Shown here piece by piece: positions 50,674-58,441 of a stretch of 64,000 nt of DNA; position 1 is the first letter of the stretch, and every line of letters starts with the position of its first letter. The position numbers and the translations under genes were made by a program. Under the pieces are notes generated by a model. That model worked only from the letters and a program-made list of their open reading frames with translations, searched no databases and was not told the DNA's origin. Source of the DNA: an uncultured Acidobacteriota bacterium (GTDB lineage: Bacteria; Acidobacteriota; Thermoanaerobaculia; Multivoradales; UBA5704). The DNA lies in NCBI GenBank assembly GCA_963770895.1, contig CAVYRF010000002.1:64001-128000 (forward strand). Direction: 5' to 3'.

Positions 50674-50898
50674 ATAGGAAATCTCCTCGCGGATAGCACC
50701 CGGCTTGGAGGTAGCCCGACGACCCTTTGCTCCGGCCTGTCCTGTTGAACCGTCGGTCGTGCTCCCATGGGCGCCAGGGGATGGCGGCCGGACTTCGCCA
50801 CTATAGCCGAACCTGCCACCCGCGGCCAGGGCCGAGGGTGAGGGGGGGCTTGCGCCACCCCCTTCGGCGGGCGCCCGGAGCCGCCAGGCGGCGGGGCT

Positions 50899-51020
50899 TT
50901 ACGCGGTGCAGTTTTCGCAGGTCAGCGCGCAGGTGGGATAGCACCCGGACTGCGGGTCACAGACCGTCGGCGTGGAGCGCACCAGGCCGCCGGCAGCCAG
51001 CGCCAGGCCCTTGGTCTCCG
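50899..51020 (-). pseudogene. Start-less RiPP-precursor remnant directly after hisS
   Basis: ETKGLALAAGG-LVRSTPTVCDPQSGCYPTCALTCENCTA*; no in-frame ATG/GTG/TTG in the preceding codons I checked. Confidence 0.6.
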
Positions 51021-52484
51021 CTACGCCGGCGCTCCCGGCGCCGGCACAGGCGTCGGCGGCAAGGCCGACCCCGCCAGCATTTCGCGCACTCCGGCCACCA
51101 GGTCCGCCCGCGGCACCGCCCGCTGGCCCGGCCGCTCGGCCAGCCACTCCAGGCGAGCGCCGACTTTCTTGGCCCGCTCGCGGCCGGCCTCCATATCCTT
51201 GAGCGTGACGATGCCGTTTTCCTTTTCGGTCGAGCCGTACAACAACACGATCGGCACGCCGGTCGCGTCGCCGTATTTGATCTGCTTGCCGACGCCCTTT
51301 TCGACCCCCAGGTAGAGCTCGGCCGGAATGCCGGCGCGGCGCAGCTCCCACGTCATCGCCACGCACTCCCCTTCGAGCGCCGGATCGATGCGCGCCACCA
51401 GCACCTGCGCCGTCGCCTTGCGCCCGCCCGCCCGCCCCAGGTGCTGCAGCGCCGCCAGCAACCGGTCGACGCCCACCGAAGCCCCGGTCGCAGGCAGCCG
51501 CTCGCCCAGGAAGCGCATCACCAGGTCGTCGTAGCGGCCGCCGCTCGCCACCGATCCGAACTGCGGCGCGTCCAGCAGCACCGCCTCGAACACCGGTCCG
51601 GTGTAGTACGCCAGGCCGCGGGCGATGCTCACGTCCAGCGCCACCTGGTCGCCGCCGTAGCCCAGACCGTCCAGCTGGCCCGAGATCCGCTCCACCTGGT
51701 CGATCTCGGGTCCCGCCGCCGCCTGCGCGGCGAAGAACGCCCGCAGCTGCGCGATCACCTGCCCGCGGTCGCCGCTCTGGATGGCCAGGAACTCCTCGAT
51801 GCGCGCCACCTGCTCCGCCGCCAGACCGACGCCGCGGATGAAGTCCCCGGATTCGTCGTGGTAGCCGGTCGTCAGCTCTTTCTTGACCTTCTGGATGCCG
51901 ATCTTTTCCAGCTTGTCCAGCACCCGCAGCACGTCCGCGCCGCCCGCGACCGCCACACCGATCGACCCCAGCAGCGCGTTGAGGATGCCGCGGCTGGAAT
52001 AGCGCACCCGAAAGGCGCCCACCTGGAGCGCCGTCAGCGTGTCGCACAACCCGGCGATGATCTCGACGTCCGCCAGCTCGGACTCCACCCCCACCGAGTC
52101 GATGTCGAACTGGATGAACTCGCGGTACCGCCCCTTGTCCGGCTTGTCCGCCCGCCACACCGGCGACACCTGGTACCGCCGGAACGGCCGCGGCAGGTCG
52201 TTGTACTGCGCCACCACCCGGGCCAGCGGCACCGTCAGGTCGAACCGCAGCCCCAGCGCCTCCCCCTCGGGACTTGCCACGGTGAAGATCGACTGCTGCG
52301 CCTCCTGCCCCGCCGACCCCGTCAGCACGTCCATGTACTCGATCGCCGGCGTCACCAGCGGCGTGAACCCATACAGCTCGTACACCCCCCGGATCGTATC
52401 GATCAGCCCCTGGCGGGCCAGCATCGCCTCGCTCCGCAAATCGCGCAACCCACGCGACAGCCGCGGCTCAACAGCTCCCTTCAT
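51021..52484 (-). CDS. hisS: Histidine--tRNA ligase, alphaproteobacterial/eukaryote-like type
   Basis: RGLRD, LRFDLTVPLAR, VWRADKPDKGRYREFIQFDID, DESGDF, RGLAYYTG, SGGRYD. Confidence 0.95.
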   Translation of the reverse strand: MKGAVEPRLSRGLRDLRSEAMLARQGLIDTIRGVYELYGFTPLVTPAIEYMDVLTGSAGQEAQQSIFTVASPEGEALGLRFDLTVPLARVVAQYNDLPRPFRRYQVSPVWRADKPDKGRYREFIQFDIDSVGVESELADVEIIAGLCDTLTALQVGAFRVRYSSRGILNALLGSIGVAVAGGADVLRVLDKLEKIGIQKVKKELTTGYHDESGDFIRGVGLAAEQVARIEEFLAIQSGDRGQVIAQLRAFFAAQAAAGPEIDQVERISGQLDGLGYGGDQVALDVSIARGLAYYTGPVFEAVLLDAPQFGSVASGGRYDDLVMRFLGERLPATGASVGVDRLLAALQHLGRAGGRKATAQVLVARIDPALEGECVAMTWELRRAGIPAELYLGVEKGVGKQIKYGDATGVPIVLLYGSTEKENGIVTLKDMEAGRERAKKVGARLEWLAERPGQRAVPRADLVAGVREMLAGSALPPTPVPAPGAPA

Positions 52485-52521
52485 CGCTGATTTTCCTTAC
52501 ACCGCCCCAACCCAACGCGAC

Positions 52522-53536
52522 GGCCCGGCCGCGGGGGGACAACAAGCGGGCGACGAGCCTACAAGACCGCCCCACAACGCGCAAGCAAACCGCCGCGCGC
52601 CCCGGCGAACCTGCGAAAATAGGAGGCAGCAGCGCATCCACCGCCGTCCACCCTCGCCCTTTCCCAGGAGGACCGCCCCATGAGCACGAGCAAAACGTTC
52701 GACCTGGCCGGCATCGTGAAGGCCCTGATCGCCGCGACGGACTGGGTCCACGGAGACCTCCGGGGATGGCAACCTGTCCCGCAGGCGGACAAGACCGACC
52801 GGCAGCTCGAGCTGCTGCGCCGGCTGGAGGCGATCAGCTTCGATCTGCCCCGGATTCCGGAGCTCAAGGCCTGGGCTGCGATGAGCGCCGACGAAATCAA
52901 CGCCATCCTCAAGCGCGAGGGCTTCGAGATCAAGCTCTTGCCGTGGCCGATCGACGGACGGAACTTCGGCGTGGTGGCCATCCTGGACGTCACCGTGGAG
53001 TGGATCGAGGCCGGCGACGGCGCCAAGGAGATCCGCCGCCGAACGGCCGACGGCCAATACGACCACACCACACCCGCCTATCCCGCCTTCGAGCTCTCCG
53101 CCCACCAGAACCGCCTGGAGTGCCTCACCGTGTCCGGGAGCGACCAGCCGCTGGTCCGCATCCCGACCAAGTCCGGTGACGTGGTCTGCATTCACGTAAC
53201 CCCGGACGCGGGACTCGACACCTTCGGCCTGTACGACGCCGTGGCCAGGATCTCGGCGGCAGCCAGGCCGGACCCCGACACCTACGCCAAAGTCCTGGAC
53301 GTGACCATCCCAAAGGTGAAGCTCCGCCAGCAGGTGGACATCTCCTGGATGGAGGGCATGCACATCGGCCGCACCGACCCCCAAGGCGACCCGGACCACT
53401 TCGATCTCCAGCGAGTCCTGCAGGGCCTCGACAACGTGTAGCGCCCGCAGCCGACAAGCGGCCACGAACGGGAGCAAGGCCCGGCCGCGGGGACACGACA
53501 AGCGGGCGGCCAGCCTGCAAGACCGCTCAACAACGC
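52522..53536. repeat. About 59-bp imperfect direct repeat (52522-52580 and 53478-53536) bracketing one gene
   Basis: GGCCCGGCCGCGGGG...ACAAGCGGGCG...AGCCT.CAAGACCGC...ACAACGC in both copies. Confidence 0.85.
52680..53441 (+). CDS. Hypothetical protein, possibly a C-terminally truncated serpin-like protein
   Basis: AGGAGG RBS and coding-like codon use; VTIPKVKLRQQVDISW recalls the serpin V.LPKF motif. Weak assignment. Confidence 0.6.
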   Translation: MSTSKTFDLAGIVKALIAATDWVHGDLRGWQPVPQADKTDRQLELLRRLEAISFDLPRIPELKAWAAMSADEINAILKREGFEIKLLPWPIDGRNFGVVAILDVTVEWIEAGDGAKEIRRRTADGQYDHTTPAYPAFELSAHQNRLECLTVSGSDQPLVRIPTKSGDVVCIHVTPDAGLDTFGLYDAVARISAAARPDPDTYAKVLDVTIPKVKLRQQVDISWMEGMHIGRTDPQGDPDHFDLQRVLQGLDNV

Positions 53537-53618
53537 AACAAGGCGTAAGCAAGCCGCCCGAGCGCCCCAGCCCGCAGCCGTCCAGCCGCGGAGCGCGCTC
53601 GAGCCGAAGCACCGGCGC

Positions 53619-54014
53619 TCAGGGCTGCTCTTCGGCGCCACCCTGCAGCAGGAACTCTCGCAGCGCCACGGCATTGTTGCGCTCCGTGTCGCGCGCCGCG
53701 AACACCAGCGTCAGCGTCCGCCCTGCCGCCGCGGCCCGCAGCTGGGCCAAAGCCGCCCTGGCTTCGTCGTGCGTGCGTAGCTCGTCGAAGTAGCGACGCC
53801 GCATCTCTTCCCACAGCTCCGGCCGATGGTGATACCACTCCCGGAGCGCCGTGCTCGGCGCCAGATCGCGCAGCCACAGATCCAGCCGCGCCGCCTCCTT
53901 GGAAACCCCGCGCGGCCACAGCCGGTCCACCAGCACCCGGCACCCATCCTCGGCCGCCGGCGCCTCATAAGCCCGCTTCAGCCGGATCTCGCGAATCTTG
54001 TGCAGGCGCGCCAT
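53619..54014 (-). CDS. DUF488 (YeaO-like) protein
   Basis: KRAYE...DG.RVLVDRLWPRGVSK, APSTALREWY, NNAVAL. Confidence 0.92.
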   Translation of the reverse strand: MARLHKIREIRLKRAYEAPAAEDGCRVLVDRLWPRGVSKEAARLDLWLRDLAPSTALREWYHHRPELWEEMRRRYFDELRTHDEARAALAQLRAAAAGRTLTLVFAARDTERNNAVALREFLLQGGAEEQP

Positions 54015-54118
54015 AGAACGCTAATTCCTTATGCGAGACGATCGGCGCAAGGTTTGCGCCAGGTCTTTCCACCAATGGTGATCCGACCGCTGCGCTTGGA
54101 GAGCTCCTTGACAGGCCG

Positions 54119-55123
54119 CTAGCTGTTGCGCGCGTCGTGGGAAATAAAGCGATGGTGATAGCCTGACCAATAGGCATCAAAGATTTCAGGGTTTTTCGCT
54201 TTCGATACGATGAAACATGGGCGCGCGCGATTCTCGGGTTGATATCCATTGGGTGTTAGAACCAGAAAAGCCACTCGGTCGTCCTCGGGGTCTACGAATG
54301 TGACCGAGAACGGGACGAAGGTGACTCGCCTGATGGTGAGCTGATCGGGGCCGAAGCCGGCCGCATTGGCCCAGCTATCCAGGGTTTTGAAAAACTGTGT
54401 TGCCACCTTGAGATCCTCTTTGTAGGCACTCTCGCCTGCTACATACGCCCACGTCCTGACCGCGTGCTCATCGGCAAGATTGCATAACATGATATCCACC
54501 CGACGACAACGATCGGGCATCAGGAAGTCGAAAAGAGCGGTCCGCAACTGCTCCTGACGCGCAGGTGTCTCAGTCAGAAAGAAGTGATTCTGCGCAGCGA
54601 CGAAGATATGCCTTCGTGCCCGCGAGAACAAATCAAAGAATGTGTATGGCGTGTCGGCGACTCGCCTGGCAGCAAGCGCCAACGAAGTACGCTCATGATG
54701 ATCTGTTCCAACGAGGTCTTCTGGATGCGCAGCGGACTCGGGAAAACTATTAATCCAACTTGTCAATTTCTTACCGAGCGTATTAGGTAAATCGCTTTTA
54801 TTGTATACGATCGTTCGCTGATCCTTGACATCGAAGAAGAGGTGCGACGGCGACTGTGCCAATGTGATAATCGGCTTCCCCAAGGCTTGAGCGTAGCCGA
54901 CCTCCAATGCCACATTGGGATTCTGCCCGGTTACATCGGCTATGCAGACTGTCGCTTTCCTTACTTCAGCCATCATTTGCTCAGTAATCTGGCCGGCTTT
55001 CGTGATCTCGTCGGCCCAAATACAGTCTGCTTTAGCAACTTTCGCGCGTTTGACAGCCTTTCGGATTGCTTCACGTATTTCTACAAATTCAGACTTGAAG
55101 GGCATTATTACGAAGATGTACAC
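54119..55123 (-). CDS. Low-GC nucleoside-2-deoxyribosyltransferase/TIR-like domain fused to a PLD-like (DUF5919-like) domain
   Basis: FVIMPF...IADVTGQNPNVALEVGYAQALGKP...FDV; GTG start after AGAGGA; markedly AT-richer than the flanks. Confidence 0.72.
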   Translation of the reverse strand: MYIFVIMPFKSEFVEIREAIRKAVKRAKVAKADCIWADEITKAGQITEQMMAEVRKATVCIADVTGQNPNVALEVGYAQALGKPIITLAQSPSHLFFDVKDQRTIVYNKSDLPNTLGKKLTSWINSFPESAAHPEDLVGTDHHERTSLALAARRVADTPYTFFDLFSRARRHIFVAAQNHFFLTETPARQEQLRTALFDFLMPDRCRRVDIMLCNLADEHAVRTWAYVAGESAYKEDLKVATQFFKTLDSWANAAGFGPDQLTIRRVTFVPFSVTFVDPEDDRVAFLVLTPNGYQPENRARPCFIVSKAKNPEIFDAYWSGYHHRFISHDARNS

Positions 55124-55552
55124 GTAGACGGTCCTCTTACATATGATTGAGGTGCGATGCGATTTGGGGTGGGTTTCTAATAGTCCGCCTTGGCCCTCGG
55201 CGTGCTCTCGCACATTAGCATATTTTACCGGAAGCCGTGATCGCGGTTCTCTCGGGGAGGTTGCCTACTCCAGCGAGCGCCGTGCCTCAACCGCCGCCAT
55301 TCCATCGCGCCCATCCAGGGCCACGCCAGGACCCGGCCGCGGGCGGACCAGGACGCGCTTCCGAATTCGCCGAGGTGACCACGCGCCGCCCAAAATGGGG
55401 AAGCCGAAGGTGACCGCCCGGCCCTCAGACCTCCGAAATGGGGAGCCGGCCTACGACCGCAAGCGGAAGCACGTAGAATCCCGAACGAGGATCAAGCCGC
55501 ATCCGCGACTGCTGACCGTCGCACTAAATTATTTTGATTCAGACACTTAGAA

Positions 55553-55627
55553 TGGCACCGGTGGTTGGATTTGAACCAACGACCCCCTGATCCACAGTCA
55601 GGTGCTCTCCCCCTGAGCTACACCGGC
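55553..55627 (-). tRNA. tRNA-His(GUG), non-canonical acceptor stem
   Basis: Full cloverleaf: acceptor GCCGGTG/CACCGGT, D-arm GCTC/GAGC, anticodon arm CCTGA-CTGTGGA-TCAGG, T-arm GTTGG-TTCAAAT-CCAAC, G73, encoded CCA. Confidence 0.96.
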
Positions 55628-55642
55628 GTATGGGAGCGGGGA

Positions 55643-55672
55643 ATCCTACAATAGACGCTCGCCGTCAGTCAA
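55643..55672 (-). promoter_or_regulatory. Putative sigma70 promoter of tRNA-His
   Basis: TTGACT-18 nt-TAGGAT, ending 15 nt upstream of G1. Confidence 0.55.
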
Positions 55673-55720
55673 AGCGCCGCGGCGCCGCTGGAGCAGGCAA
55701 GGGCACTGACAGCAAAGAAC

Positions 55721-57220
55721 TTAGCCGAGCTGTGGCAGAACGGGCAGGCCCAGCAGGCGGCGCGCCAGGGGGAGCGGCAGGGTTTGGCCGGTCATCAGGC
55801 GGAACTGGCCCATGGCCTGGCCCAGGAGGACTTCGCGGCCGTCCACGGTGACGGCGCCGAGCGCCGCGGCGGCCACCAGCAGCGGCGTCTGGTCGGCGCC
55901 GTCCCGGCGATAGACCAGGTCGATGACGACCGTGCCGGGCCGCACGGCGGCGACGTCGAAGGGCAGCTCTTCGCCGCGCTCGCCCCGTCCCAGCGGGGTG
56001 GCGTTGACCAGCAGGTCGAAGTCGCACGGCGCCAACTGCGCCAGCGGCAGGCATTCCAGCCCCAGGTGGGCGGCGGCCTGGGCGCCGCGCTCGGGGTCGC
56101 GGTTGAACAGGGTGACGCTGGCGCCGGCGCGGTGCAGGCCGACGGCCGCGGAACGGCCGCCGCCGCCGGCGCCGATCACCGCGGCGGTGCGGCCGGCGAC
56201 GTCGATGCCGCGCTGGCGCAGCGGCTCGACGACGCCCTCGGGGTCGGTGCATTCGGCTTCCCAGACGCCGGCGCGCAGCACCAGGGTGTTGGCGGCGCCG
56301 ATCAGGCCGGCGAGCGGGCTTTCGGCGCCGGCGACGGCCAGGGCGGCGGCCTTGTGGGGGGCGGTGATCGACAGACCCTGGATGGGCAGCCCCAGGGAGT
56401 CCAGGCCGCCCTCCTCGATCACCTCCAGCCAGAAGTCGCCGAAGGCCGGGGCGTCGAAGCCCAGGTAGAGGGCGGGGATGCCCAGTTCCCGGTAGGCGCC
56501 GTTGTGCAGGCGCGGCGACAGCGAATGGGCGACCGGGTGGCCGGCGACGCCGCAGAGCGTGGCGACCGGCGGCAGCGCCGGCAGGCCGTAGTCTTCGCGC
56601 AGCGAGCGGATGGTGGGCTGCCCCGGCGCGACCGGCGCGTCGCCGGCGGCGCCGTAGACGACCGGCGCGCCCAGCCGTGGCGCCAGCAGGCGCGTCCAGG
56701 CGCCCGACGCCCCGGCGGCGAAGGCGATCACGTCCGTACGCTCCAGGCGCTTGAGCAGGGCGAGCGGCGCCAGGTTTTCGCCCGGTTGCCCGGCGGCCGT
56801 GACCAGCTTGTAGAGCGCCGCGTCGGCCTCCGTCAGGCGGCCCAGGCAGGCCTCCAGGGCGTCCACGTCACCGGCCGGGCCGTGCCACGAAATCACCCGC
56901 CGCTCGGGCGGGATGGCTTCCAGGATCTCGGGCCGCAGGTCGCGCGCGCCCTCCAGGTCGAGGCGGTCGTAGCGCGCCGCGGCGTCGAGCAGGCGGCGCT
57001 TGCGGCGTTCGAGCGAGCCCTCGAAGGCGCCCCATTCCGCGCGGCTGCGCAGGGTGTACAGGAGCTTGCCGGGAAACAGGCGGCGCAGCGGCTCGGGATC
57101 GAGGTCGCCGGCCAGGTCGGCGCGCACCTCCAGCCATTGGACCCCTTCCAGGTCAGCCGCCACCGCGGGGGTGAGCGGCGCGCTCAGCGTGGCGACCAGG
57201 GAAGCCTCGGCGGCCGGCAT
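55721..57220 (-). CDS. aroE: Fused type I 3-dehydroquinate dehydratase and shikimate dehydrogenase
   Basis: EVRAD, ISWH, YKLV, APGQ, then HSLSPRLHN, ITAPHK, GAANT, GAGG, VNATPLG. Confidence 0.88.
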   Translation of the reverse strand: MPAAEASLVATLSAPLTPAVAADLEGVQWLEVRADLAGDLDPEPLRRLFPGKLLYTLRSRAEWGAFEGSLERRKRRLLDAAARYDRLDLEGARDLRPEILEAIPPERRVISWHGPAGDVDALEACLGRLTEADAALYKLVTAAGQPGENLAPLALLKRLERTDVIAFAAGASGAWTRLLAPRLGAPVVYGAAGDAPVAPGQPTIRSLREDYGLPALPPVATLCGVAGHPVAHSLSPRLHNGAYRELGIPALYLGFDAPAFGDFWLEVIEEGGLDSLGLPIQGLSITAPHKAAALAVAGAESPLAGLIGAANTLVLRAGVWEAECTDPEGVVEPLRQRGIDVAGRTAAVIGAGGGGRSAAVGLHRAGASVTLFNRDPERGAQAAAHLGLECLPLAQLAPCDFDLLVNATPLGRGERGEELPFDVAAVRPGTVVIDLVYRRDGADQTPLLVAAAALGAVTVDGREVLLGQAMGQFRLMTGQTLPLPLARRLLGLPVLPQLG

Positions 57221-57457
57221 GGCGCAAGGATACCGGAAGCGCCGCCCTTCCCCGTCTTCGTCACACAGCCGGCGCTTCCACTGCACAACGGACCGTGCAA
57301 GAATGATCTTGTAGCCAGGTGACGGGCAGGGGCCCGCCAAAGCGGCGGTGATCCTTGCTTTGCCGAGCCACCGGCGAGTCGCCTTCGACCAGAAACCGAC
57401 AGATCTCGGCGTTTTCGGGATTGCGCTCGATAACTAGCAGCGTTCTTGGCCTTCGCT

Positions 57458-58423
57458 ATGGATGAATGGGTCGCAGAGCTCAGCCGCCACGGATTGGCGT
57501 TCGTGTTCGCCAACGCCGTGGCCGAACGGATCGGCGTGCCGGTGCCGGCGCTGCCGGCGCTGTTCGTCGCCGGCGCGCTCGCGGCAAAGGGCCTGATCGC
57601 GCTCCTGCCGCTGCTGGTCATCGCCGTCGCCACGCCGCTCGCCCTGGACCTGGGGTGGTTCGGGCTGGGCGCCTGGCGCGGCCAGCGGGTGGTGCGCTTC
57701 ATCTGCCGCATCGCGCTGTCTCCCGACGCGTGCGTGCGCCAGACACGGTCGCTGTTCGAACGCCGCGGCCTGGTGTCGCTGCTGTACTCCAAGTTCGTCC
57801 CCGGCTATTCGCTCGTCGTCCTGCCGCTCGCCGGCGCGGCGCGCGTGCCGATCGGCTCGTTCCTGCTGTGGGACGGCCTCGGCAACCTGGTGTGGGCAGG
57901 GTCGGCGGTGGGCTGCGGCTACCTGTTCCACGACGCCGTCGGCCGCGGCCTGGTGCTCCTGCACCGCCTGGGCCTGTGGGCGCTGGTCCTGGCGATCACC
58001 GGGCTGGTCGCGGTGGTGGCGGTCAAGTGGTGGGAGCGGCGCCGCTTCTACCGGCTGCTGCGCCTGGCCCGCATCACCGTCGACGAGCTGCGCCAGCTGA
58101 TCGAAGGCGGCCAGCCGCCGGCCATCGTCGACGTGCGCACCAGCGGCAGCTTCGCCGCCAGCCACATTCCGGGCGCGCTGCGCATGACCCTCGAAGAGAT
58201 CGACCACCGCCTGGCGGCGCTGCCGCGCGAAGGCGAGATCGTCCTGTACTGCACCTGCCCCGACGAAGCTTCCGCCGCCCGCGTCGCCCGCGCCCTCATG
58301 GACCGCGGCTTCACCCGCGTGCGGCCGCTCGCCGGCGGCCTCGATTCATGGCGCGAAGCCGGCCTGGCGCTCGAAGACGAAACCCTGTCGCTGATGCCGC
58401 CGCTGCACCTCAAGATCGGTTGA
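57458..58423 (+). CDS. DedA/VTT domain fused to a rhodanese domain
   Basis: GVPVPA, SKFVPG, VDVR..HIPGA, YCTCPDEASA, LAGGLDSW. Confidence 0.9.
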   Translation: MDEWVAELSRHGLAFVFANAVAERIGVPVPALPALFVAGALAAKGLIALLPLLVIAVATPLALDLGWFGLGAWRGQRVVRFICRIALSPDACVRQTRSLFERRGLVSLLYSKFVPGYSLVVLPLAGAARVPIGSFLLWDGLGNLVWAGSAVGCGYLFHDAVGRGLVLLHRLGLWALVLAITGLVAVVAVKWWERRRFYRLLRLARITVDELRQLIEGGQPPAIVDVRTSGSFAASHIPGALRMTLEEIDHRLAALPREGEIVLYCTCPDEASAARVARALMDRGFTRVRPLAGGLDSWREAGLALEDETLSLMPPLHLKIG

Positions 58424-58441
58424 TCTGCCCAGTTCCCCTAA

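Noticed and set aside
54043-54058. GG-N10-GC sigma54-like motif
   Set aside because: Poor consensus and no same-strand gene downstream.
55721-57220. AroD-AroE fusion as a novelty
   Set aside because: Known architecture in plants, Chlamydiae, Planctomycetes and other bacteria.
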